Shown here piece by piece: positions 25,446-37,543 of a stretch of 64,000 bases of DNA. Origin of the DNA: Diadema antillarum (lineage: Eukaryota); NCBI RefSeq assembly GCF_040938485.1, contig NW_027271374.1:558001-622000 (forward strand), in the 5' to 3' direction. The translations under genes were made by a program, and so were the position numbers. Numbering within the stretch: the first letter of the stretch is position 1; every line of letters begins with the position of its first letter. The notes beneath the pieces are model-generated. The model had not been told where the DNA came from. It saw nothing but the letters and a program-made list of their open reading frames with translations, and made no database searches.

Positions 25446-26321
25446 CTCACTGAGCTGTTTCGCCGGCCGGGCCGTTAGGCCGCCCACGGGTATGAAATTT
25501 GGGTTCAACGGGAACGAGAACTCGGTGGAAAAATCCGAACTTAACAAGTTTAGATCAAACTCCTTGTAATAGCTCCACGCGTAAAACCTGGACTCGTCCA
25601 AGCCAATGTCTCTTGCTAGCTGCATGTAATTTTGCAGTGACTTATATTTCATTAAGATATAAAACCCGACGCATTGCAAGGTATTTAAGAATCTCTGCGA
25701 AAATGTCATGGAATCCGTAAAGCCGAGGCCCATTTCTGATTGGTAGGAAGGGTTGAAACTCGTTCCAAACATGAAAATAGACATTCCTTGTGGTGTGAAT
25801 GGATTTAACGACACTAATTTGATGTCCTTGTGGAATTTACGCTCTAACACCCGTCTGATCACCGCGGCACAAGGCCAAGTGATGTCCATGACGATAGTAT
25901 CAGTATCTTTTAGACGCATCAACATCGATTCGTCTGTGACAATATCTCTGCAATCCTTGGACATGTTCACCAGAAACGGAGACAATTCCATAATCTGGCG
26001 AGTAGGATCAACAAACGCTAGCGTGTTGAAACGCTTGAAGGTGTACCGAACCTCCTCCATGGACTTGTTATGATGCTCGAAGATGGCGAACTTCATGTAC
26101 GAGAACTGGGGATCACTCGCCCGCTGATCGTAAGCTCGGCTAATGAGGCTCGTCACGTTGTGTCCTCGACGAACCAAGGCTTCTGCGATGGAGGCACCAG
26201 CCAAAAAGTGGCTCCCTTCACCGTACATGTTCGACATAACGATATTGGCGCCGAAAACGTCGGCGACACCCATCAAAAACACGAAAACGCAAAAGTAGTT
26301 ATGCATGCTGAAAGTTTTCAT
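25446..26321 (-). CDS. UGT: UGT-A exon 1 (876 nt, 292 codons): signal peptide plus N-terminal aglycone-binding domain
   Basis: ATG at 26321, MKTFSMHNYFCVFVFLMGVADVFGA signal-like peptide, GEGSHF (catalytic His position), DTIVMDITWP, PVGGLTARPAKQLSE, then GAG|GTACGG donor, phase 0. Confidence 0.95.
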
Positions 26322-26695
26322 GTCTCCACATCACAGAATTTTTTTTTTCCGACAGCGCTCATCGAACAGCTTATTTCTGTCACAATCGATTTTCGACACC
26401 GCCCGTCGTCCAGCTTTTTGTAGACTTCTCCATTTCTACTACACATTTTCCTATAGGCCAAATATCTGACGATACCCTTATCTGGATAAGCCTTTGAACA
26501 AACCCGGCATCAATCGATTACAATGGACATCCTCGCCATAAAATGCTTGCCTGTGTTTACTCTGTACTACCTCTGTCCTGAAAGACACTCTGTGTGACAC
26601 TCTGTGTCGGTCATGGACTACCCATGTCTTATATAATGAGAACGGTCTTATGTAATGATTTGTCTGGAGGCTCGTGAATCCTCCGTGCAGATCTG

Positions 26696-26831
26696 GGGAC
26701 CGTTTCATGAAACTTTTTGTCAGTGATTTACACTGACAACTGTTAAAAGCTACTGAAATCCTTGCGTCTGATTGGCTGATAGCAAATTTGTCGGTGAAAA
26801 CCTCCGACGAACTCGTTGATGAAACGCTCCC
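26696..26831. mobile_element. Harbinger-like MITE with CTG target duplication, upstream of UGT-A exon 1
   Basis: CTG|GGGACCGTTTCATGAAAC...GTTGATGAAACGCTCCC|CTG; contains CTGATTGGCTGA. Confidence 0.8.
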
Positions 26832-27363
26832 CTGGAAGCGTAGAAAAGAGTCGAACATGCAGGAATTTGAAGGGGCACAACTGTATAACTTCATAAAGGA
26901 AACCGAAACCCAAATTTAAATATGGACTGAGTGAAAGCAGCAAAGAACATTTTGCAGTAGTGAAAGATCGAGGAAACAATGATTCAGAAAAAAAAAACTA
27001 TGAATTTTTAAAGTTTCGATGTCGCATCGCTGTACCAGAAGACTACTACAGTTCGTGACGTCATTGCAGACAATGATATAAAGAAAATACCATGAGAATT
27101 CTATTTAATCTAATTTTTCCATAAAAAGTACACATTTCATCGACTCGTTACTGGAATATGCCAAGGGTAATACTAGTTACCCTGCTTTCTGTGAAAGGTA
27201 AGTCATGTGCTCTTTCATCATGCTACCAAAGAAAAGTGAAAATGTGTTGAATTTTATTCATATTTTCTTCTCATTTTTGCCCATGGTGAAGTGATGAATT
27301 GAAGAAGTCTCTTTTTCCAGCGATAACGGCACTAAACTTTAACAATTCATAACTTTCATATAC

Positions 27364-27409
<46 letters not shown>

Positions 27410-27417
27410 TATATGAA

Positions 27418-27657
27418 GAGTTTGTTCGCAAAAACCGATAAGTCCATTTTTGAAGATTTTGAAGTACGGTCTCTGTCATAAAGTACAAAATAATAAATTT
27501 TGAATGATATATTGGTCACTATTATAAAGGTATATTTTTGAAGTTATGATCAAAAGAAGTAAAAAATTTCTTATTATTCTCTTTATTTTTCTAGACCTTT
27601 AATCGCAAATATCTCCATATGGCAAGTATGGACTTACCGGTTTTTGCGAACAGACTC
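27418..27657. mobile_element. TIR element with GAG...CTC termini (Sola-like) lying between (TA)n tracts
   Basis: GAGTTTGTTCGCAAAAACCGATAAGTCC / GGACTTACCGGTTTTTGCGAACAGACTC; flanks TGAA and TGCA. Superfamily is tentative. Confidence 0.7.
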
Positions 27658-27701
<44 letters not shown>

Positions 27702-28454
27702 TAATGGATTTTTTTTCTATAAATATACCTGAAAGACTTCTCTATGATGAATTATTGGCAAAAAATTAGGCTTATGGTATATGTAAATCACCGGCAGCCA
27801 TGCATGAGCTGACGTTGATTGATTTTAAGATATTGTATTATCAACATTGCTTTCAGACAACAGACAGATAATCATAATTTCAATGAATCGACAGTTCTTA
27901 TCAAATGAATACAATTAACATTTGCCGTGATTCTGGAAAAAAACAGCGAGTCTTACCTCAATGCTAATACACATATAATTCGAGACATAAATCAAGCTGT
28001 ATATTTCATGAGTATAAAAGTACAGGTTTGAATATAAAATGGCACATGGACTTCACTTAAAAAAAATAGAACTTAAAAAAGATATGATATGAATTCATAT
28101 GCAATCATGCAGTGAAGCTATTCGTTGGCAGTTTTGACAAAAGAATCTTTGGGTTATTGTATTCTTATTATCATTCATGTACATTTATGATAATATACAG
28201 TGTACGTATAAGTATAGCCTCTGAGTTGAATATAGAATGATTTTTGAATATCTTTATTGTTCGTTGGTATTTAATGAACGCAGCTGCGTAACAAAATCAG
28301 ACAGAAATGAAATGAATTCAATTCATTGAACTATTGAATGAGGGGAGTTGAAACTCTTGTTTAATAGCAAATCATGGGATGACACATTCGCGGTGTATAG
28401 TCAGATTTAACGGATTCATAAACCCCTTTATTTGATTTTTATTGAAAATCTATC

Positions 28455-28752
28455 GACAGGAGATCTCCCGCCGAAAGCCCATTTTTGCAAAATCTCCCGT
28501 TCTCCCGCTTGAGATTCGATTTCTCCCGCCCTAGCTCTGTGTCTCCCGCTTGAAATTATTTCTTACTCATTGCCATCGTATGTTTTAAAATATGCCTTAG
28601 ATAGCACGAGAGAGCATCTAGAACGATAGAGCTACCAGGGCCCTGGACCCCGTGATGTGCGCTTCGCGCACACCAAGTTGAAGTCTCCCGTTTGCTAGGG
28701 GTTTCAGGTGGGAGAATCTCCTGATCAGAAGGTGCTTGGTGTTGGAGTCTCT
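28455..28752. mobile_element. Partial non-autonomous DNA-transposon-like sequence at the pseudo-exon breakpoint
   Basis: Starts exactly at the homology break with a CAG-type terminus (CAGAGACTCCAAC on -) and has repeated TCTCCCG motifs. No matching opposite terminus seen. Confidence 0.5.
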
Positions 28753-29202
28753 GGGCCATGTGATGTCCATGACGATAGTATCAGTATCTTTTAGACGCAT
28801 CAACATCGATTCGTCCGTGACAATATCTCTGCAATCCTTGGACATGTTCACCAGAAACGGAGACAATTCCATAATCTGGCAAGAAGGATCAACAAACGCT
28901 AGCGTGTTGAAACGCTTGAAGGTGTTACGAACCTCCTCCATGGACTTGTTATGACGCTCGAAGATGGCGAACTTCATGTACGAGAACTGGGGATCACTCG
29001 CCCGCTGATCGTAGGCTCGGCTAATAAGGCTCGTTACGTTGTGCCCTCGACGAACCAAGGCTTCTGCGATCGAGGCACCAGCCAAAAAATGGCTGCCTTC
29101 ACCGTACATGTTCGACATCACGATATTGGCGCCGAAAACTTCGGCTACATTCATTAAAAACACGAAGACGTAGAAGTAGTTATGCATGCCGAAAGTTTTC
29201 AT
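28753..29202 (-). pseudogene. UGT: Truncated UGT first exon (150 codons), close paralog of UGT-A exon 1
   Basis: Near-identical to UGT-A exon 1 from ATG to DITWP. Homology then stops abruptly at CAGAGACTCCAAC repeat-like sequence; the remaining ~140 codons and the splice donor are not found between 26.4 and 28.7 kb. Confidence 0.85.
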
Positions 29203-29334
29203 GTTTCCTTTTCACAGATTTTTCAACGGCGTTCATCAGATGGTTTCTTTCCATCACCATCGATTACGACACGGCCCTCCTTCCATTAGTTATTGTTGTT
29301 GTTTTTTTCGACATTTCCATTTCTACAACACAAT

Positions 29335-29668
29335 GGCCCGAATTCACGAAGGTGGTACTAATGAAACCATGGTTTAAAACATGGACAAAAACCATGGAGC
29401 GCCAAGTGTCGCACGGAATATCTCGTTACGAAATTGCTCATTTCGTCGACAAAATGACCGTTTCATTAACAAATTATAATTTCGTGGAAGAAATGTTTAT
29501 TTAGTTACAAAATGTTGACATTTCGTTTCAAAACAATAATTTCATCGACGAAATGACTGATTTCGTAACCAAATAGTACATGCGACACTTGGCATGCTTG
29601 GCGCTCCGTAGTTTTTGTCCATGGTTTAAACCATGGTTTCATTTGTACCACCTTCGTGAACTCGGGCC
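29335..29668. mobile_element. MITE with long TIRs upstream of the pseudo-exon
   Basis: GGCCCGAATTCACGAAGGTGGTAC / GTACCACCTTCGTGAACTCGGGCC; absent from the paralogous position upstream of UGT-A exon 1. Confidence 0.85.
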
Positions 29669-30132
29669 ATTGGGTCCAATACTATGCTATGAGGTGTGCA
29701 TACTACATGTAGTACCTTCGTAGGTCCAATGTGTTCCTGTACTCTTATCTGAATAAGTCCTTTAACAAACTTATCCCATCGCTTACAGTGGATATCCTTG
29801 CCATGAAATTCTTGTCTGTATTTACCCTGTCCTGGTGCGGCAAATAAAAAAAAAAGCGCTGCGTCATTTATGTATTAACCGTGTATTCAAATGAGAACTG
29901 TCTCGATTATTTTTCCTGTGTAGAATGAAAAGAATGGACACTCGCAAATCCTCCGACAAAGTCGAAATTGCTGGAATTTCGATGGGACACAACTGTGACC
30001 TCTAAAAGGAAACCGGTGCCGTCACTGCTGGACAAGTTGACTACTCCAGTTCATCAGGACATCAGTAGCAGGAAAATAAAGCAATTCCACCGAATTTCAT
30101 TTAGCATGGAAAGAGCGCATTCCTTATACCTG

Positions 30133-30234
30133 GGGCCCGTTTCATAAAACTTGTCATCAGTGACAACTGCCATATTCAGCTTGTCACATCTATGACAACT
30201 TGTCACTGATGACATGTTTTTATGAAACGGGCCC
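30133..30234. mobile_element. Harbinger-like MITE
   Basis: CTG|GGGCCCGTTTCATAAAAC...TTTTTATGAAACGGGCCC|CGG. Confidence 0.85.
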
Positions 30235-31171
30235 CGGTATACATGTTAAAATCGAGCTCTTTTATCATTCTAGAGAAGTGGAAATACAATGTATGTTGAA
30301 TTATATTCATATTTCCTTTATTTTGTTGTTCATAATGACGTCAAGGAATGTATAGTAGTCTCCTTACCAACATCGAAACTTTACAAAATCAAAGTTTTAG
30401 AATCGAGTGTCTGATTTTCCTCAAACTTTCAAACACAATCCAAAAACGAATGGTTTCCAAGCGAGGCTTGCATTATGTGACTTTGAACCAACAAACTATA
30501 GTCACTGTAGCGGAAACTTGATGTTAGGTGAACTTTGAAGGGCAATTTTTTTCCCCAAGGACGAAGAACAAAACAACAACAACAAACAAACCAACCCGCA
30601 GCAACAAGTCCTTACCGGGGAGTGAACAAATCTTGACGTCCACTGACTCCACTAGCCGAATGTAATCATGATTAGACGAACAGCAAGATTGAAATGGACG
30701 AATGTTCGTCTGCTACGAGGAGAGACATTGACCGCATAAATCGACTGACCAAATGGGGTATCATTACGTAATCTTGAGGGGCGGTGTCCACCAAACAAAC
30801 TTACGAAAACGCATATTCATTTCAGTTATTTCATTACAGTTTATTTCATACCAATTACCAGCTTATGTTATATTTCAGAAAAATTCACATAGCATTTACA
30901 CATATATGTACGTACGAGTATATAATTTTGTGCACATACAATGTATAGGGTAGAGATGTTGTTGTTATTATCATCATCATTTTTTATTGTTGTTATTATT
31001 ACATGTATCATTATTATTGTTATCATCATCATCATTATAGATTATAAAACAAGCCGATGATTTGGTTGGTTGTATGATGTATAAGTCATCAACATGCTGA
31101 GGATGTGAGAGACATAATGCAGTGACAGCGGAACGGGGATCTCCACCACACAACACACAGTCTGACAGACT

Positions 31172-31206
<35 letters not shown>

Positions 31207-31722
31207 TTGACTCTTGAAAAAGAAACCATATATGATTGAGTTTACAGACCAAAACTACCACGCTGTGACGCAAAATTTCAATCACTTCATGATATCTACA
31301 ACTCTTTATTTTCGTCTGCAAATTGCACCCACAATCAAGCTGTGAAATCCTATATATGTTTAAGTTTACTTTAATGAATAAAAGTTCCGAGATATGACAA
31401 AATAAACGAAGTCATGAAAAATATCGTCAATAGTGGTATTCGCTGGAGATTATACTCAGAGACCATAATCATAAAAGTCATTTAGCGCTTTGGAAGGAAT
31501 TCCAGATTCACTGAAAAAGCACAGATTGTTCGTAACAAGCTCAAGCGCACATTACTTCTGTACAAATGATGACCTCCATTTTTTTTTCTCATTAGTGAGA
31601 CACTTCTACTGTTTTCAAAGTGACGTAGTGCATAAGCTTGCCCGACGCAACAAAAGATTGCATTCATGTTCAGAGAGTAAACTTGCGTGGACTAGGTAAC
31701 AGCAATGGTCCTCACTTGACAT

Positions 31723-32334
31723 TTAAAGAGGAAACCAGTCCAAATATAAGTTAGTCTGATAAAAAAAAGTAAAATTTTACGAGTTCACCTGTAAAAGTAT
31801 GACTCGAATGAAATCGGTAAAAAAGAGGAAGTTATAAAATTTCGAAGGTTTGATTTTCTCCTAAAAACAGTTCTTGTACAGTGGGTATGAATATGCAAAT
31901 GAGTGAAATAGCCATGTCATACCCTCACCCTCACAATTTTGCATTGATCATGAACAAAATATGACCAAAATTCAGTATTTCTGTCATTGAAGTCTGAAGC
32001 ATGACGTTATTCCTGGTTGAATAACTTCAGAATAGTGCTCAGTTAGATGTAATAAGGATTTGAACCTCGGGCATAATTACGTTTGATTGAAAAATAGGAG
32101 ATGTCAGAATTCTATGTACAAATATGGTAAGTTGTGAGGAAATTACACGCTCACTTTGGCATTCGAATGTTCATATTGACTGTTTAAGAACCGTTTCCAC
32201 CAAAAATAGAAAAACTTCAAAATGTCATAACTGTCTTATTTTCCATCCGATTTCGATCAAAATTCTACCGTTGAACTTGTAATATTTTACTCTTTCTTAT
32301 CAGACTAACTTATATTTGGACTGGATTTCCTCTT
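31723..32334. mobile_element. TTAA-type element, family 1 copy
   Basis: TTAA|AGAGGAAACCAGTCCAAATATAAGTTAGTCTGAT...AACTTATATTTGGACTGGATTTCCTCT. Confidence 0.8.
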
Positions 32335-32813
32335 GCATTAATGCATAGGCACCCCTTTTTGTATGATTATTGCTTCATACTAGGCTTTTATAAACACCTT
32401 TGTCGTCAAGTGGATATGTTGGCGAGCGTCTAATAAATAATTACATGAATTATCATTTCATATAGCATATGCTTATCTCAGTGAACATAAAATCCATAAT
32501 GGCTGTTGGTACAAATGACATTTTTTCCTCATGTCTTATTACCTACAGGTTCATCAAAATGGATTACAAAGTAGCATATTGCATTTTATAACATAACAAA
32601 TTCAACAACGAAATGAGATATACATACAGGCAAATACCTTTGATAATAATTATACTTTCAACTGTTAAATCCTTTTGGCACTGTATGCACATGTACATGA
32701 ATTCAAGTGGAAGAGTTCTCGTATCACAATGGCAGAAGATTATGAAAAATGCAGAATAAAATCATACTCAAGATGTTGTTTTTTTCCTTCTCCATCTCTT
32801 TAATACCAGCTTG

Positions 32814-32816
<3 letters not shown>

Positions 32817-32874
<58 letters not shown>

Positions 32875-32890
32875 TATATATATATATATA
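32817..32890 (+). repeat. (CA)n-(TA)n microsatellite. Others: (CA)n ~3307, 14751, 15068, 31175, 34617, 36221; (TA)n ~13458, 27371, 27661; (TAAA)n ~5952; (GA)n ~41524; (CCT)n ~59132
   Basis: Direct reading of sequence. Confidence 0.95.
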
Positions 32891-33106
32891 TTTCCCGGTG
32901 TAATCTGTGGTTTTGAAACAACCTGCGTTGTGACAAGAGTAATTCAATTTTGGATACAGATGAATTGTATATTATCACGTTGACGTCACATAATGTGACA
33001 GGAGCAATCGCGAATGCATTCCCTGTTCCCTGCAATGGCTACATGTGTATACGGTCAGCTTAAGAAAAATATCCGAAAATTTATATATACGGTGACACTA
33101 AGCAAG

Positions 33107-33392
33107 TTAGTCCTTTTTCTGTTTGGTCCATCCACAAGCCAAGCGCCAGAGTAGTGAAAATCCACAGCGCAAAATGAGAAATATAGAAATTACGATTATA
33201 AGAAAAATTATTAAATATAACGCCAGTACATCGATCATATAATACTGGACTAGCGACAGTTCCGGTCCTGTTGAACGTAGATAGTCCCCGCCAAATTTGA
33301 TCACGTGTTCAATCCAGTGTGCCGCTCGATCGCGGGGCGATAACGGTTGGTCTTTCATGATGGCTGACACTTGTTTCGCCGTCGTGGCATAC
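33107..33392 (-). CDS. UGT: UGT-B exon 4 (286 nt): transmembrane helix and ER-retrieval tail
   Basis: Acceptor cttag|G; DQPLSPRDRAAHWIEHVI, TM stretch, C-terminal KQKKD. Joined CDS 1617 nt = 538 aa plus stop. Confidence 0.95.
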
Positions 33393-33694
33393 CTAAGATC
33401 AGACAGAAGAACATAGAATGAGATTCTGGCATGTTATTCTCATCCAGTGAGCATCTTAAATTTCTATTCCTCTCGATGTTCGAGTTCACTTCAGTAAATG
33501 AATATAAAATACAACAAAACAGTATGTCTGATATCAAAGGTTACTCAAGCGAAAACGTCAAAAGTTCACGCACTCAAAATGACACATTACAAAGTTATGA
33601 TATCTTGAAATTCCATGTGATTTTACGCAGTTGTCCTGTTGTGGACGTTTTTCCTTCATAGTTTGTGATCTTCCACGCAACCAGTGTGCTTATA

Positions 33695-34074
33695 TTAAAG
33701 GAAACCCAAACCCAAAGAGAAATGTGAAGTGAGTGAAAGCAGCAACATGAGTAGAACACATCAGCTAAAGTTTGAGGAAGATCGGACAATCGATGCATAA
33801 GTTATGAATTTTTAAAGGTTTGGTGTTCGAACCGCTGGATGAGGAAAATGATTTTTTTTTTCATGGAAATCCCTCTATATTTTCTACATTGTTGTCCATA
33901 CATGACGTCATAAACTCTAGTGGTCTCCTTATCTAGCAGTTCTAACACCAAAACATTACAAATTCCTAACTTTTGGGTCGATTGTCCAATTTCCTCAAAC
34001 TTTCATTGATGTGTTCTACTAATGTTTCCGCTTTCACTCAATCTACATTTCTCTTTGGTATGGGTTTCCTTTAA
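33695..34074. mobile_element. TTAA-type element, family 3, intact copy in UGT-B intron 3
   Basis: TTAA|AGGAAACCCAAACCCAAAGAGAAATGT...ACATTTCTCTTTGGTATGGGTTTCCT|TTAA. Confidence 0.85.
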
Positions 34075-34222
34075 TACATCTGTACGTACCGAATTGATAA
34101 TAATGCTATAACTTAGATTATAGATGAAAAATTTAAAACTGTGAGAACAAAAAATATTGTTGTTGTTTTGTTGCACCGTAAATGAGGTCGCGTATTCGAA
34201 TTTACACCTGCGTGCAACTCAC

Positions 34223-34442
34223 TTTGGATTATTGATGACGTCATTCAGGGCTTCATAAATGTTGTCAGCAGTCAGATATCTCTTGTCTAATTGTCGCCCG
34301 ATTCCTCTCTTCTCCACCCTCGCTCCAACGTCATACTGATCACCATGGAGAGGAAAGACCACGAGAGGTACCCCGTGGTAGCAGGCCTCCTGGAAACCGT
34401 TATTCCCGCCGTGGTAGAGAAACACTCTGGTCTTCGGGTGAC
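34223..34442 (-). CDS. UGT: UGT-B exon 3 (220 nt)
   Basis: Acceptor catag|GT; HPKTRVFLYHGGNNGFQEACYHGVPLVVFPLHGDQ; donor AA|GTGAGT. Confidence 0.95.
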
Positions 34443-34613
34443 CTATGTGCCGAGATGCCGTGATGGGAAAATTTGGTTGTTTAGTCATTGCTCATGTATT
34501 TTTGTTATGTATGTGGTGGGTTTTTTATAATGCTTCCATATACGGCTACAATTAACTCTCTAATTGTGTTAAAGTTAACGGAAATGCATTTCTGAGATGA
34601 TAATCTCATCTAC

Positions 34614-34646
<33 letters not shown>

Positions 34647-34999
34647 CTTACAGAGATGACTGACAATGATAACTATTAGAACATATTACTAATACTGTAT
34701 CGGACATTATTATACATGTCATATTTATTAGTAAATAAACCCTGCTGATCGGATATTGAAAATGACATTATAAGCATAAATGGCATCGGAAGGGAAGAGG
34801 TCGACAACTTCTTTCCACGACTTCAAAAAATAAAGATGCATCTGTCATTCTCATAAAGCAGCATTTTAATGGCGTGGTGTGAAACACAGAATATAATTCG
34901 AATGCAAAGTACACAATACCAATCAATTCTTGTCGGGAATGAAATGAAGCAACAAAAAAAATCTGACGTACTGAGTTTTAACATGAAGGTGCCCACTAA

Positions 35000-35535
35000 A
35001 GGGCTTTTTACACTTGTAAGTTTTTGCTTAGTCCCGTACCAACGGTGGGGCTAAGGGGGGGGGGCTTAGCCGTTTGTACGGGACTATACTTAGCCCACTT
35101 TCTGTTTACACTCGTTTTTGTGGGCTAGCCCCACCGATAATCCCGTACTATCTGGCCCTGCAAAATAGCAGGGTTAGCACCGCAATTGCGGTGCCAAGCA
35201 AGTGAGTATAAACAGAACGAAAAAATACTCCGGGGCTAAGCGACGGAGACGAAGTCCGACCCCCACTGACCAATCAGACACGAGGTAATCAAGTGCTGCC
35301 GGTGCGTGCGTGTACGTGTACAGTGCACAGCGTAATCATGAATATTCATGTGGTTTGGAAAGTCCGGGGCTAAGAAATACGAGTGTAAAAAGGTCAGTTT
35401 TCTCCTTAGCCCCGGACAAGAGATAGTACGGGACTAATTGGCCAGTGTAAAAAGCTGAAAAAATTGGTACGGGACTAACGATAGTCCTGGGTCAGAGAAA
35501 GTCCGGGGTTAAGAAACACAAGTGTAAAAAGGGCT
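35000..35535. mobile_element. Harbinger-like MITE in UGT-B intron 2
   Basis: Termini GGGCTTTTTACACTTGT / ACAAGTGTAAAAAGGGC; repeated GGGACTA/GGGGCTAA motifs; ends ~24 nt from the exon 2 donor. Confidence 0.7.
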
Positions 35536-35559
35536 TATATTTCCAGACTCTTTTCTCAC

Positions 35560-35791
35560 CCAAGATATCATTTTGAGGTGTCCATGGCAGTCTCATCACG
35601 TTAGACGACAGTGTGAAGTTGACGACGTGTTTTGTTTGCCATATGACTTTCTGTGGCAGCCGACCGAAGGCTGTGGCGAACATTTCGGCAATCTCCGGCC
35701 TGGTCCGAATGACGGCCTCCGAAAAGTACGTCCCGAGGGAGAATAAAATGACGCCATCGTCACCAGAGCTCTGCATGAATTTTTCGAGGTC
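35560..35791 (-). CDS. UGT: UGT-B exon 2 (232 nt)
   Basis: Acceptor tttgtag|GAC; DLEKFMQSSGDDGVILFSLG...WTPQNDILG; donor G|GTGAGA. Confidence 0.95.
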
Positions 35792-36216
35792 CTACAAAGA
35801 ACAAAAGATGAGAGAGATATGAAAGAATTGTGAGAGTGGACTTTGGAGTAAGTTGTTAAGGATTATTGAGCAGATGCAAAGAAATAAAGGAAGAAATATG
35901 AAAATGATGGAACAAGGAGAAAATATGAAACGAAGCGAAAATGGATGGAACGAAGAGAAAAAAAATAAGGAGTCTCAGAGAATGCTTTCTTTTGAGTTAC
36001 TTTAAGGTGTGTGCTGCAGAAAAAAAGACAAAAACAAAACAAACTGAAGGGCGTTGCCTCTTGCTACATACAATGTGTTATTTCACAATTAAAGTTTGCT
36101 TCAAAGAACATATCCTCTCCATTTCAAGTTGACTTCACTGAATATTAATCCCAAATTAAATTCAAATAGAACTATAATTATCCACAGGCTCTTATAAATG
36201 CTGTAGCTGATACAAC

Positions 36217-36251
<35 letters not shown>

Positions 36252-36293
36252 GCTGGTGGGAGCATTTCGGGGTAATTAAATCCTTAACCATAC

Positions 36294-37172
36294 CTCGCTG
36301 AGCTGTTTCGCCGGCCGGGCTGTTAGGCCCCCAATGGGTATGAAGTTTGGGTTCAACGGGAATGAGAACTCGGTGGCAAAATCAAAACTTAGCAAGTGAA
36401 GATCATACTCCTTGTGTACGTTCCATATTTCAAACCTCGAGTCGTCAAGGCCGACATCTCTGGCTAGCTGCATGTATTTGCCTAGGGATACGTATTTTAC
36501 CAGGATAAAGTACGCGATGCTTTGCATGGTGTTGAGGAACCTTTGGAAAAAAGTCATGCTATCAGTGAACCCGAGACCATTTTCTGGTTGGAAGGCGGGA
36601 TGATAGCTCGTTCCACACACGTACATTATCATTGCTTGTGGTGTAAATGGATTGAAGGTAACTAATTTTATGTCTCTGTTGAAGTCTCGCTCCAAGACCC
36701 GCCTGATCAGTAAACCGCAGGGCCAAGTGGTGTCCATTACAATTGTATCGATATCTCTCAGGCTCATCAACATCGATGCATTCGTGATGATACCTCTGCA
36801 ATCCTGCGACATGTTCTCAAGAAACGGAGACAATTCTACGAACTGGCGAGAAGGATCTTCGAACGCTAGAGCGTTAAAACGTGTGAAGGTGTACCGAACC
36901 TCCTCCATGGACTTGTTACGATGCTCAAAGATGACGAACGTCATGTACGAGAACTGGGGATCGCTCGCCCGCTGATCGTAGGCTCGGCTAATGAGGCTCG
37001 TTACGTTGTGTCCTCGACGAACCAAGGCTTCTGCGATCGAGGCACCAGCCAAAAAATGACTCCCTTCACCGTACATGTTGGACATCAAGATATTGGCGCC
37101 GAAAATTCCATAAAAACGCAATAGAAACACGACGATCTGGCAGCTGTGATGCATGTTTAGAGTACTAGTCAT
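36294..37172 (-). CDS. UGT: UGT-B exon 1 (879 nt, 293 codons)
   Basis: First ATG at 37172 (the ORF-track start at 37190 is GTG); GEGSHF, DTIVMDTTWP, PIGGLTARPAKQLSE; donor GAG|GTATGG, phase 0. Confidence 0.93.
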
Positions 37173-37543
37173 GTTCACCTTTTCTGACACCTTGATTTTA
37201 CAACGACTCTCTTCGAATCAAGAATGGTCCTGGTTTCCGTAGTCTGATGCGATGAACGCATGCAGTCCCAAGGTAGCACAATAGTAGTCACCCGACCGTG
37301 TCTGGCATGCTTTGTTTGCGCAGACCTTTTGATCCTTCACCTATTTCACCGGTCCCCGTTCCCCGTTCCTCGTACAGAAATAGAAGTACAGGTACATACA
37401 TGTACATTGTACAATGCACATGTACCGATGTAATCCAAATCCACTTTCCGGGAGTTGCTATCTGACGTAGGACCTTTTCCCACGTAGTTTACCTACAATG
37501 TATCGCAGCCTCTGCTCGGTTGGATCATGTAGAGCTACAACAG

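Noticed and set aside
37173-37190. UGT-B start at 37190
   Set aside because: The codon is GTG; the first ATG at 37172 aligns with the paralog starts.
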